This document shows, piece by piece, positions 42,206 to 52,120 of a DNA stretch of 64,000 nucleotides. The stretch covers positions 1,440,001 to 1,504,000 of the forward strand of contig OY969763.1 of the NCBI GenBank assembly GCA_963702845.1, read 5' to 3'. The notes under the pieces are model-generated. The model was not told the origin of the DNA. It saw nothing but the letters and a program-made list of their open reading frames with translations, and ran no database searches. Position 1 is the first letter of the stretch. Each line of letters starts with the position of its first letter. The DNA is from an uncultured Verrucomicrobiae bacterium (GTDB taxonomy: Bacteria; Verrucomicrobiota; Verrucomicrobiia; Limisphaerales; Palsa-1400). The position numbers were made by a program, and so were the translations under genes.

Positions 42206-43414
42206 ATGTTCAGGTGCGCATTGCTTATCGCTGCGGTTTCCCTGGCTGCCATTTTTGCATTCGCGGCAGCACCGGAACCCGATCGCAATTGCACCGTTTG
42301 CGGGAAGGCCCTTAAGGTTGGCATCGACCAAACGTGGATGTTGGACGCTGGTTCTGAGCGCCTTCAGGAATCCATTAAATCCGGTCTCTTTCTTCCATCA
42401 CAGGTCTACACGAACACCGATACCGCCCTCACAAACCTTCACGTTGGCACCTACATCTGCTTGTGTGAAGACTGCCACAAGATTGTGAATCGTTGTTCGT
42501 TATGTAACTTGCCGATCAAAGACAAATCCGTGCGCACCAGCGACGGTCGTTGGATTTGTCCGCGTGATCTGCCCCTCGTCGTGATGGACGAAGATGCGGC
42601 GCGCGAACTGTTCGAATCGGCCCGGGAAACGGCGGTCGATGTCGTGGGCAATTTCTTTGCGTTGAAGAATCCAAACGTGAACGTCCACGTCGCTGACGTC
42701 TTCGAACGTTCAGTGTCCCGCGACGGCATGCATACCATGGCCATTTCCAAGACAACCGATTCCGGCACCGAACTCGTGCATTACGTCAGCGTCTATACCG
42801 GCCGGCCAAAAGACGAAGCCTTCTATTCCTGCGTGCATGAATACACGCACCTTTGGATCAATGAAAACATCGACGAGCACGAAATTGAACCAAACACGCG
42901 GGAAGGATTTTGCGAACTGATTGCCTACAAAGTCGCCGAGTCGCGCGGAGACGCAGCCGCCCAAAAACGAATCCTTAGCAACACCTATACAAAAGGCCGC
43001 ATCAAGGACCTCGTTCAGTACGCAAGTGAGGAAGACCTCAGCGCGATTTTGAACTGGATCCCACACGGCACAACGCGACGGTTGGCGGAAGGTCTTGCCA
43101 CCGCGACCGCAGCGAAATTAAAACCGTCGGAAATTCCTTTGGACATCCGCATTTCCGAGGCTCAGGCCCAGGCTCGCCGCGCGCAGCAGAATCTGCAAAA
43201 CGAGACCGTGGCCATCAACGGCATTATTCACACCCCTAGAGGCACCCTCGTCCTTCTCACCGGCGGCCTTATTCTGGGCAAGGGCGATTCCGGTTCTCTC
43301 AAACTCAACGGCCAATTCACCCATATTAAATGTATCGATATCCAGGCCGATTCCGCCGTGCTCCAGTTGGAAGATTCGACCAATGCACTCACGCTGAAAC
43401 TTTCGCACAAATAG
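42206..43414 (+). CDS. secreted DA1-like zinc metallopeptidase with a Cys-rich LIM-like region
   Basis: Signal peptide; CTVC, CLCEDC, CSLC and DGRWIC; HEYTH and EGFCE. Confidence 0.75.
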   Translation: MFRCALLIAAVSLAAIFAFAAAPEPDRNCTVCGKALKVGIDQTWMLDAGSERLQESIKSGLFLPSQVYTNTDTALTNLHVGTYICLCEDCHKIVNRCSLCNLPIKDKSVRTSDGRWICPRDLPLVVMDEDAARELFESARETAVDVVGNFFALKNPNVNVHVADVFERSVSRDGMHTMAISKTTDSGTELVHYVSVYTGRPKDEAFYSCVHEYTHLWINENIDEHEIEPNTREGFCELIAYKVAESRGDAAAQKRILSNTYTKGRIKDLVQYASEEDLSAILNWIPHGTTRRLAEGLATATAAKLKPSEIPLDIRISEAQAQARRAQQNLQNETVAINGIIHTPRGTLVLLTGGLILGKGDSGSLKLNGQFTHIKCIDIQADSAVLQLEDSTNALTLKLSHK

Positions 43415-43680
43415 GTCCTGTGCGCGTTTTGCGTCTTTGCGTTGACTTAACTTCCATGCCAACCCTTCGAAACTCCCGCCTTTTTTCAGAAAAAACCATC
43501 ATTTCTTTCCCTGGTTTCCCTCCTTTCCCTACAGTTTTTGACGCGTAGCTACTTTATGGCATCATCGGTCGCGTTATGCGATACATGCAACATAAAGACA
43601 ACGCGGCGATTCTGAATCCCGCACCGAACCAGGCGAGCCACGACAATGATTTGTCGGTGGTGAGTCCGGCTTGCTGGCTA

Positions 43681-43793
43681 CCCACGCCTGCCCACTTTCG
43701 TCCAATTTCGACCAAAGGGGGTGCCCGCTTTCGTCCATTAACATCCACTTTCGCCCAACAACGACCACCTGCATCCACTAAAACCCAAAAAAA
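43681..43793. repeat. 10-bp-period degenerate repeat array, consensus about YCCACTTTCG
   Basis: CCCACGCCTG CCCACTTTCG TCCAATTTCG ACCAAAGGGG gtg CCCGCTTTCG TCCATTAACA TCCACTTTCG CCCAACAACG ACCACCTGCA TCCACTAAAA CCCAAAAAAT. Confidence 0.8.
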
Positions 43794-43894
43794 TATTATT
43801 TACCAAATGCTATGAATACACCGGAACAACTTGAAAACACCGATGTTGCTAGTGTCGACGCTATCCCTCGCCAACCCGGCGCAAAACGCGCGCC

Positions 43895-44410
43895 CTACCT
43901 GGACACATCGAGGAAGTCGACCATCGCTTTTGCGAACGGCGCGAGGTCACGCGGCGTGCGGCTGGAGATTAAATTGCCATCGACCACAACCGGTTCGTCG
44001 GCCCAGACGCCGCCGGCGTTTTCGAGGTCGTCCTTGATGCCGAGCGAGCCAGTAACGCGTTTGCCTTTGAGAATTTTTGCGGAGATCGGAATCCATCCGC
44101 CATGACAAATGAACGCGACGAGTTTCCCCTGATCGAAAAATTCGCGCGTCAAAGAAAGAACCTTGGCGTCCCGACGAAGTTTGTCCGGCATAAAACCGCC
44201 GGGAATGAGCAGGCCGGCGAAGTCCTGGCTGCGAGCATCTTTCAATAAGAGATCGCTGGTTGCTGGATAACCATGTTTACCGGTGTAGGTGCAGATTTCG
44301 TGGGCGGCGATGCGGGTGGTATAGCCGGCTTCCTGGAGACGGAGCAGGGGATACCAGAGTTCGAGGTCCTCGTAAACATCATCGACGAACGTGAGCAAAT
44401 TCTTTGGCAT
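43895..44410 (-). CDS. DJ-1/PfpI family protease/deglycase
   Basis: YEDLELWYP, IPGG, AFICHG and VVVDGNLISSRTP motifs. Confidence 0.92.
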   Translation of the reverse strand: MPKNLLTFVDDVYEDLELWYPLLRLQEAGYTTRIAAHEICTYTGKHGYPATSDLLLKDARSQDFAGLLIPGGFMPDKLRRDAKVLSLTREFFDQGKLVAFICHGGWIPISAKILKGKRVTGSLGIKDDLENAGGVWADEPVVVDGNLISSRTPRDLAPFAKAMVDFLDVSR

Positions 44411-44742
44411 GGATGAGTTTATTGTCCGGTTTGTTGAAACGGCAAGACTAGTGCTACGACAACTTTTTCAAACAGGACAGAGGTTCGGTCGCTGAAACAA
44501 CGGCGAGCAATACCTTGGGTCAGGTCCAGGTGCAGGCCGGCAAGCGCGATGCGATTCTTCAAGAGATCGAATCAAAAGTTGTTCCCGCAGCCGCTGCCGA
44601 CACGACTGCGAGCAAATAATTCGGTCTGCGTCGCCACAAAGCGTCTCAGCCATCGATTGATCAATTAACGGTATTGACGCCGTCCCGTGAGACCTCCTAC
44701 CTCCAGGACGGCGGCAGTATTTGAGAGCTGGAATTTTAAAAT

Positions 44743-44774
44743 AAAAAAACGCCCTCGATGTTCTCGAGGGCGTT
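44743..44774 (-). terminator. intrinsic terminator of the Ig-domain gene
   Basis: AACGCCCTCGA/TCGAGGGCGTT stem with an A-tract on the + strand. Confidence 0.85.
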
Positions 44775-44794
44775 GTGGTGTAGAAAATGACTCG

Positions 44795-47700
44795 TTATGG
44801 GGTAAAGTTCGCGTTGATTACCATGCCGTTGGTTGCCGTAAACAATAACGGACTCGTGCTGGAGATCGTATTGTTGTTTGGATCCGTAAAGCCGTTGAAG
44901 TGTTTGCCTGTGCCCACAGGCGTCGCGGTGATTTTATAACCAATATTGTTGAACAACGTGGTGTTTACGCCCTGGACTGGTTTGCCAAATGACGAGGCCG
45001 TGCCTGTGACTTTACCGCTGCCAATAACGTTGATGGTGACGGTGCAATTAGTCAGGAAGTAATACGTGCGGACGGTGTTGTTGACGTTATTGTTCGTTCC
45101 AGAATCACTCGCGATGGCGATGAAGGTGTTGGTGCCAGGGAGGAGGGTCACGTGATTGGTCCAGAGGACGCTGCCGGGCAAAGTCGCGCCTGCGGCGGTT
45201 TTGCGATACGTGAGTGCGACGTTATTGCTCAAGCTGTTCGGCGGAACGATGCGCACGAGGGCGACGTTTGTGATCAGGCCGTTGTCAGTCGCTCTGCCGT
45301 CAATGTCCAATTCGGGCGCGATATTGGTTTGTGTGATGCCGCCGCCAACGTAAGCCAAGATGCCATTGGTAAATCGCAAGTTTGGCGAAGGGTGCAGGAT
45401 ATTGGCCACAGGTACGTTCGCGTCGGCGTTCACGATCAGGATGCCATGGGTGTTGGTGGTGGTGAGCAATCTGGCCACGTTGCTGACGATGCATTGGTAG
45501 GTGGCTGCGTCAGGATTTTGAACATCCGTGATCGTCAGCACCGACGTGTTGATTGTATCAACAATGCTGATGTTGCCACCGGCAGAAATGGGAGATCCAT
45601 TCTTGAGCCATTGGTAGGTGGCGTGGCTGCCAGGAGTTTGAGAAGGATCAACAGCTTTGGGCGGGCTGACCGTAGTTTTGAATACGGCTGTATTGCCGGC
45701 GGTCTTTTTCGAGGTCGCCGGAGTGCAGGCGGCATTGAAAGTGGGGAAAATTGTAAGACCGGCGTGCGTGCTTTCGGCGATACTCAGGGTATTGGACACA
45801 ATGCAGTAGTAAGTGCCGCCGCTGCTCAGAGCGATGGGTGCGAAGGTCAGCACAGAATTGGTTTTGCCCTTAATGACGCCAGTGCCTTCTTTGTACCATT
45901 GATAGCGCAAGGTGGCCGTTCCGGATGCGACCACGCTCAGCGATACGTTCTTCTGGCCCACGACAACGACCTGTGCGAGAGGTTGAGTATTAATGGCGGG
46001 ATCACTCGTCACGCAATTTTGAACGTTCACGATACGATTGGCTATCCCGGTGTTCCCATGTGAATCGGTCGCCGTATATGTAATTGTGTAGGCTCCAAGA
46101 ATGTTGGGGTTGACGGTTCCAGAGGGCGTCACAGCGACGGTGCCGTCGCAAGCGTCGGTCGCAGTCGCTCCTTGTTCTGAATATGACGAACCCTGGCAAA
46201 TGTTAACCGGGCTGGTGCCGACGAGCGAAACATTCGGAGCAGTGGTGTCAAAGACCGTGACGGTGGCGACTGCGCTGGTAATGGAGTTGCCGAAGCCGTT
46301 GCTGACGACGACAGAGTAGCTGCCAGCGGATGCGAAGGAGTTGTCGTTAAAGCAGAGCGTGGCGTTGGTCGCGTTGGGGATGGCGGTTCCGCTTGGGCCA
46401 GGAGTATACCATTGGTAGGTCAGGTTAGTGCTGCCGATAGCAGTGACACTCAGGCATGGCCACGGGTCGCCGCACCCAGCGGTAAAGCTGTCGGGCTGAA
46501 CGGTGATGATGGGATCGTTGACGTTGATGGTGGTGCTATGACTTAAGGAATCGTTGACGGAATTGTGAGCGTTACAGGTATAGACGCCGGCATCGCTCGC
46601 TAATAGACCACTCAAAGTCAGGCTGCCGGTGGTGGCGCCAGAGAGCGTCGCGCCGTTTGCGTATGCGCCGTCAGACAAATTGCTGGCGCCTTTTTTCCAT
46701 TGATAAGTGATCGGGTTTGAGCCCGTTGCTGCCGCGTTTAAGACTACGGTAGCGCCGGCGTTTTGGGTCGTTGTCGAATCAACTGTGGGCGTTGAGAATA
46801 CTGGAGCGACGTCGGTGACGGTGAGTGCTGCGGGTGAACTGGTGATCGATCCGCCTGTGCCGGTGACGACGACGGTGTAATTGGCTGCATCCGATTGTTG
46901 CACTCCCGAGATGGTCACGGCTGAGGTAGTCGCGCCGGACACGATCGAGCCGCTGCCTTGTGTGCCGTTGCTGAGATTTGAACCGGCCTTTTTCCATTGA
47001 TACGTCAACGACCCAGTGCCGTTGGCGGTGACGCTAAAGTTCGCGGTGCCGGTCGCGTTGACAGTGGTGCTTGTCGGTTGGCTGCTGATGGAGGGATCGA
47101 TGACGGTCAAGGTCGCGCTGGAGCTGGTCGCGGCGGCAGAGGAATTGGTGATGACTACTGAGTAACTCGCCACGTCGGACGCGGAGACGCTGGAGAGAGT
47201 TAGGTTGGCAGTGGCTGCACCGGTAATGTTCACGCCATCAGTCAAATTAACACCGTTCTTGCGCCATTGATATGTGAGGCTTGCGCCGGAGGCGTCGATG
47301 GAGAAGTTGGCTGTGCCGCCGAGGTTTTGAGTGTTGTTGGCGGGTTGAGAATTGATGACGATGGGCGTGGGAGTGACCTGGTTGGCAATGCCGGCTGACG
47401 GTGGATTTGAACCCGCAAAGTCGAAGCCTGTATTTGCGTCCGTCGTTAAAAATCGAAGGGTTATCGTCGCCGACGGGGAGTCGCCGAACCAATTGGTGCT
47501 GCCGTCGATTCCCACCGGGTCTGTGTAGGTTCCGTAGGGCGTGTTTTGGCCAGGGGCGGTGGAGTTAAAGTTGAGGGTCGGGTACCAATAAAGTTTCAGC
47601 GGGTTGGATGAATTAACAGGAACGATCGTGTTGATGAATGCGCTCAACACGCCAGGAGTGTCGAAACCGCCGCTATTGGCCGAGGTTAGATCCCACTTGG

Positions 47701-47917
47701 CAATAATGACATCGTCACCAGTGACGAAGTTAAGAGGGGTTGGCGCGTTGAAAGTAGAATCGTTGGTGCTCGCCACCAACATTACGAGACCGGTGGTCGG
47801 CATCGCATTACCGTTTGCATCTTTCAGCAAGTTGGCATCGAGAGAGATGCTCAACGCATGGGCGTTCCATGTAAGTGTCAGGGTGAGGGCAGTGAGCAGC
47901 AGGCGAAGTCGGCGCAT
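44795..47917 (-). CDS. large secreted Ig-like repeat protein
   Basis: Signal peptide; about six I..QP...YQW.K...Y..VV Ig repeats; DTTAP...ATATDACDG (DUF5011-like) domain; C-terminal B-repeat-like domain. Confidence 0.85.
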   Translation of the reverse strand: MRRLRLLLTALTLTLTWNAHALSISLDANLLKDANGNAMPTTGLVMLVASTNDSTFNAPTPLNFVTGDDVIIAKWDLTSANSGGFDTPGVLSAFINTIVPVNSSNPLKLYWYPTLNFNSTAPGQNTPYGTYTDPVGIDGSTNWFGDSPSATITLRFLTTDANTGFDFAGSNPPSAGIANQVTPTPIVINSQPANNTQNLGGTANFSIDASGASLTYQWRKNGVNLTDGVNITGAATANLTLSSVSASDVASYSVVITNSSAAATSSSATLTVIDPSISSQPTSTTVNATGTANFSVTANGTGSLTYQWKKAGSNLSNGTQGSGSIVSGATTSAVTISGVQQSDAANYTVVVTGTGGSITSSPAALTVTDVAPVFSTPTVDSTTTQNAGATVVLNAAATGSNPITYQWKKGASNLSDGAYANGATLSGATTGSLTLSGLLASDAGVYTCNAHNSVNDSLSHSTTINVNDPIITVQPDSFTAGCGDPWPCLSVTAIGSTNLTYQWYTPGPSGTAIPNATNATLCFNDNSFASAGSYSVVVSNGFGNSITSAVATVTVFDTTAPNVSLVGTSPVNICQGSSYSEQGATATDACDGTVAVTPSGTVNPNILGAYTITYTATDSHGNTGIANRIVNVQNCVTSDPAINTQPLAQVVVVGQKNVSLSVVASGTATLRYQWYKEGTGVIKGKTNSVLTFAPIALSSGGTYYCIVSNTLSIAESTHAGLTIFPTFNAACTPATSKKTAGNTAVFKTTVSPPKAVDPSQTPGSHATYQWLKNGSPISAGGNISIVDTINTSVLTITDVQNPDAATYQCIVSNVARLLTTTNTHGILIVNADANVPVANILHPSPNLRFTNGILAYVGGGITQTNIAPELDIDGRATDNGLITNVALVRIVPPNSLSNNVALTYRKTAAGATLPGSVLWTNHVTLLPGTNTFIAIASDSGTNNNVNNTVRTYYFLTNCTVTINVIGSGKVTGTASSFGKPVQGVNTTLFNNIGYKITATPVGTGKHFNGFTDPNNNTISSTSPLLFTATNGMVINANFTP

Positions 47918-48202
47918 AAGCGTGTCGGGTGGGGCAGAGTGATACATTAATGTTATCTCAACCGATTGCCTGCCAAACTTCGGCTTACCCGATTGCCTTT
48001 TTCGCAGAAGCTAGACTTGGATTAACTGGGCACGATTGAGATTAGTTGTTTATAGAGAAAAACTGTCATACAGTCAATCAGTAATTACACCGATTCGCTT
48101 GACGAAGGGCAAACCGTTGTTGTTGAAATTGCGTCACTTACAACGGTGATAAGAACCGCCAGGGACAGATGATGAGCGGTGCGCCCGATCACAGCGGAGT
48201 AC

Positions 48203-48235
48203 AAAAAAAATCCGGCAAGATTTCTCCAGCCGGAT
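48203..48235 (-). terminator. intrinsic terminator of the yciF-like gene
   Basis: ATCCGGC/GCCGGAT stem with A8 on the + strand. Confidence 0.65.
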
Positions 48236-48289
48236 CGTAGTCGTAAAGGAGTGCCTCACGAACGTGAGGTGGACTCCATTGCAAAATGG

Positions 48290-48781
48290 TTATTTCTCTT
48301 TGTCAGCCGCTTCGTATTCTTCAACGTTAATGGCGGTTTCCGCTATGTCGTTGAGTTTTTCGTCAGCGGCTTTTTCTTCTCCGAGAGTTTCGTCGAGCAA
48401 GTCGACGATTTCATCTTCACCCATCAGCTTGGCCCAGGCCTTGAGCGAACCGTAAGAAGCGATTTCGTAGTGTTCGACTTTTTGCGCGGCGCAAATGAGG
48501 GCGGCGTCGCCTTCTTCTTCATCGATAATGTCGGCGCCTTCTTCAACCAGGCCAGCCATCGCTTTGCATTTTTTGCCTTTGACGGTTTCGTCGAGGAGCT
48601 TGAAGACTTCTTCCAACCGGTTGATGTGTTCTTCGGTTTGGTCGAGATGTTCTTCGAAAGCGGCTTTCAGCTCTTCGTGCTTAGCGGCCTTGGCAATTTT
48701 TGGCAGCGCTTTGGTGAGCTGCTTCTCGGCGTCGTAGAGGTCTTTTAGTTCTTCAATAAATGTTTCGCGTAGATTGCTCAT
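48290..48781 (-). CDS. yciF: ferritin-like DUF892 stress protein
   Basis: ELKDLYDAEKQL, CKAMAGLVEEG, AQKVEHYEIASYG and TLGEEKAAD motifs. Confidence 0.9.
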   Translation of the reverse strand: MSNLRETFIEELKDLYDAEKQLTKALPKIAKAAKHEELKAAFEEHLDQTEEHINRLEEVFKLLDETVKGKKCKAMAGLVEEGADIIDEEEGDAALICAAQKVEHYEIASYGSLKAWAKLMGEDEIVDLLDETLGEEKAADEKLNDIAETAINVEEYEAADKEK

Positions 48782-48994
48782 AAATGTCCTTCAGTTGATC
48801 GTTCATCTGTTGCCTGCGAAAAGTAACATTGTGAGGTTTGCCCTCAATTGGGCAAAACCCCGAAAGAAGTCATGCTGTTCGCCCGAGTCGCTGTAATCAC
48901 TCGCGCATGGCCGCAGATTCATCGTCGAGCAGAAACGCCCTTGAAAAGTTGTGTCGGATTTCATTTTGAGCGGGTGCTATGATCGAAAACCGGT

Positions 48995-50368
48995 ATGACC
49001 GAAGACCAGACCGACCTGAACCAGTTTGTTCAAAATAGCGATGAAGATGCTTTTCAAAAGCTGGTCGCGAGACATATCGGTCTCGTTTATGGGACGGCTC
49101 TGCGCATCACAAATCGCGACGCAAGTCTGGCCGAAGACGTCACGCAAACCGTATTTACGGATCTGGCGCGTAAAGCAGCAACGTTGCCAAACGGTTTGAT
49201 CCTGCCCGGCTGGCTTTATCAAGCCACGCGTTTTGCCGCAGCGAAGGCTGTCCGGTCGGAACAGCGTCGGAGAATGCGCGAACAGGAGGCTTCGGTTATG
49301 CAACAAATCACCACTGAAGCTGAGGTTGAATGGAAGCGGCTGCGTCCGTCGTTGGATGCGGCTATGGGAGAATTGATCGATAAAGATCGAAACGCTGTGT
49401 TGCTCCATTATTTTGAGCAGCAGGATTTTCGTGCAGTTGGGGCTGCGTTGGGGGTGAGCGATGATACGGCGCAGAAACGGGTGAGTCGCGCGTTGGATAG
49501 GTTGCGCGGTATTCTCGTGCGCAAGGGGATTGCCACGTCGGATTCGGCTTTCTCAGCTTTCCTGACAACAGGAACAATGGCCTCGGTGCCGGCACATATC
49601 ACCGCCAAGGTGGTGAGCTGTTCCCTGGCGGGTGCTGCTTCCGCGCCTCCGCCGGGGTTGAGTTACTTGATTGCGCAAAAAATGGTGACGAAGAGATGGC
49701 AAATCCAAACCGTTATCACTTTGCTGTGGGTAAGTGGATTGGTGTATTTCTTTCACGGAGTGGGGCGCACAAACGCGCGTTCTTTCACGACTATCAATTT
49801 GATCGCGCATTGCAATGGTGGTTTGGATAAGAGTTGGACGCCGGCTATCGGGAATAATCATCTCGGCGCTCTGGGGACGGGGCGGCAAACGTTGAATGGG
49901 GTTCCATTTGATGTTCAAGGGGTCATTCAACTGCAGGGCAATGAATGGAAGCAGCGCGGATATAATTTCCCACAAAGCGTCCAGGGCATTCGTGTGGGAG
50001 CAGTCGGGCGCAAGATTCATCTACTGCATGCGAACTCGGCTTTTGCGGATCCGAATGGGACGACGGTCGCGAATTTCATCGTGCATTATTCAGATGGTGA
50101 TGAGGCTAATTTTATGATTCGCCAGGGTGTCGAAGTGCTCGACTGGTGGGATTGGCCGGAGGCGCCGGTTAAGCTGCCGAGCAGCGCTTATACTACAGTC
50201 GCGTGGACTGGGAGTAATCCGGCCTCAGAACATCAAGGGGCGCGTGTCCGACTTTTTGACACGAGCTTTTCGAATCCTCATCCGGAAAAGCAAATTGAGT
50301 CGGTGGACTACAACTCAGCGATGGCGGGCGCGGCTCCTTTTATGGTTGCGCTTACGGTCGAGCAATGA
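48995..50368 (+). CDS. ECF sigma-70 factor with a TM segment and C-terminal extension
   Basis: [22 protein letters not shown] and [13 protein letters not shown]; hydrophobic segment near aa 240-255; about 190-aa beta-rich tail. Confidence 0.88.
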   Translation: MTEDQTDLNQFVQNSDEDAFQKLVARHIGLVYGTALRITNRDASLAEDVTQTVFTDLARKAATLPNGLILPGWLYQATRFAAAKAVRSEQRRRMREQEASVMQQITTEAEVEWKRLRPSLDAAMGELIDKDRNAVLLHYFEQQDFRAVGAALGVSDDTAQKRVSRALDRLRGILVRKGIATSDSAFSAFLTTGTMASVPAHITAKVVSCSLAGAASAPPPGLSYLIAQKMVTKRWQIQTVITLLWVSGLVYFFHGVGRTNARSFTTINLIAHCNGGLDKSWTPAIGNNHLGALGTGRQTLNGVPFDVQGVIQLQGNEWKQRGYNFPQSVQGIRVGAVGRKIHLLHANSAFADPNGTTVANFIVHYSDGDEANFMIRQGVEVLDWWDWPEAPVKLPSSAYTTVAWTGSNPASEHQGARVRLFDTSFSNPHPEKQIESVDYNSAMAGAAPFMVALTVEQ

Positions 50369-50413
50369 TCCCCGGTGTCAAATATTTGCTCGCCTCATTT
50401 TTAACAAAATTGA

Positions 50414-51217
50414 ATGCGGACCTGGCACAAAATTGTGATCGCGATGCTTTTCACATTGGCAGCCGTGATCAGTTGGCGAGTTGTTTCGCTTAACGAGCCT
50501 TCGTATCGAGGGAAGCCGCTGAGCTTCTGGCTAACGGCGTATCAGACACAAGACGGGTATGAGCGCATTCCTCCGGAAAGACTCGCCATGCAGCGCGAAG
50601 CGGACATCGCATTGGGGCAGGCGGGAACCAACGCGATGCCACTTTTGCTACGGTTGATCAGGGCAAAAGATTCGGCTTTGAAGACTAAACTGATGAGGCT
50701 GTGGGAGCGGCAGAACATTATCAAAATCAAATTCACGCCGGCAGCAGAATCGAATTATCAGGGATGGGTGGGATTTCACAGATTAGGTCTTGGTGCGAAG
50801 GAGATGCTGCCGGTGTTGGTTGAGATCGCGGATCAAACGCCTTCACCGTCGCGGTTTGCTGTCGCGGAGATCGGTTGCATCGGGCAGTCTGACAAAACGG
50901 CGATGCCGGTGCTTGAACGATGGGCGACCAATGCCGATAAGTATGTGCGTTATGAGGCTATTCTGTCGCTTGGCCGGATGCGTGATGAACCAAAGCGCGT
51001 TGTGCCGATACTGACCAATGCGCTTTCAGATTGGTCGTAAATTGTCCGAAATGGCGCGAGAGAATACCTCGCTGTTTTCGGGACGAATGCGACGTCGGCC
51101 GTGCCGGCAATCCTTGAGTTCCTGAAAACTCCACAAGACTCATCGAACCTGTCCAACGCCTCCAATGCGCTTAAAGAAATCGATCCTAAGTTAGCTGCGC
51201 GAATGGGCATGGAGTAA
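50414..51217 (+). pseudogene. HEAT-repeat protein with an in-frame TAA at 51038-51040
   Basis: EPSYRGKPLSFWL and GTNAMPLL; the same frame continues after the stop as IVRNGAREYLAVFGTNATSAVPAI...ALKEIDPKLAARMG. Confidence 0.7.
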
Positions 51218-51299
51218 TGACGCCAGAATTTCATGTCGGAATACTTCGGTTGCGGGTGCTATAAACTGTATGCGCGATGACGCGGTCAAACTGTGCGTA

Positions 51300-52109
51300 A
51301 TGGATCAAACTGAAAAACGTGGTTTCACACTGGTTGAGCTGCTGGTGGTGATTGGAATCATCGGGATTCTCGCTGCGTTGCTGTTGCCGGTGTTAGCCTC
51401 GGCGAAACGGAAAGCCAACGAAACAATTTGCCTGAGCAATACGCGGCAATTGGCGCTGACCGGTTTCATGTATGCCAACGACAACGGCAGGCCGATTCTT
51501 TATAATAATCCGCGTTATCCCGATGGCACTTGGATGGGGAGCCTCGTTGATTTGATCAAGAACAAGAATGTTTTCCTGTGCCCGACCGCGCCTTTGCATT
51601 ATCCGACGCCGGACAGCGGGAATCGCGCGGGCACGGCTGACGCGGCGTGGGTGAGGTGGACTTCCGATGCGAAGCAGATGTTTACGGGAAGTTATGGTTA
51701 CAACGGCTGGTTGTATTCCGATCTCACTAATTATTACCCGCAAACGGCTGATTTTGTTTTTACGAAAACGGACAGCATCGAATGGGTTTCGCAAACGCCG
51801 GTTTTTGTTGATGCGAATTGGGTGGATTTGTCACCCAAGGAAACGGATGGGCCGTGGCATGATCTTTACGAAGGTGCGCCATACGGAACGAGCAACCCTG
51901 ACGCGATGGGGCGTTGCACGATTGCGCGGCATAGCGTCAGCAGGCCGGCTGGTGCGCCGCGGGCGTTGGGTATTGGGCAAAAAATGTCGGGGGCGATTTT
52001 GATTGGTTTTGCGGATGGGCACTCACGTCTGACGAGGTTGGAAGACTTGTGGGGACTGTATTGGCATCGTGGTTGGAAAGTGCCAACACAGCGTCCGGAT
52101 GCTCGTTAA
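51300..52109 (+). CDS. prepilin-type N-terminal methylation / H-X9-DG domain protein (DUF1559-like)
   Basis: GFTLVELLVVIGII, CLSNTRQL, SYGYN and ARH...FADGH. Confidence 0.9.
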   Translation: MDQTEKRGFTLVELLVVIGIIGILAALLLPVLASAKRKANETICLSNTRQLALTGFMYANDNGRPILYNNPRYPDGTWMGSLVDLIKNKNVFLCPTAPLHYPTPDSGNRAGTADAAWVRWTSDAKQMFTGSYGYNGWLYSDLTNYYPQTADFVFTKTDSIEWVSQTPVFVDANWVDLSPKETDGPWHDLYEGAPYGTSNPDAMGRCTIARHSVSRPAGAPRALGIGQKMSGAILIGFADGHSRLTRLEDLWGLYWHRGWKVPTQRPDAR

Positions 52110-52120
52110 GGATCGAGGGC

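Noticed and set aside
43681..43793. Possible CRISPR array
   Set aside because: The units are contiguous degenerate 10-mers with no spacers, and there are no cas genes
44468..44653. Cys-rich 61-aa minus-strand ORF
   Set aside because: No RBS or family motif; the opposite strand looks more protein-like
48107..48170. GGGCAAACC...ACAACGG resembling the start of a c-di-GMP-I riboswitch
   Set aside because: It lacks the GNRA-capped P2 and the GACGCAAAG junction, and no co-oriented gene follows on the + strand
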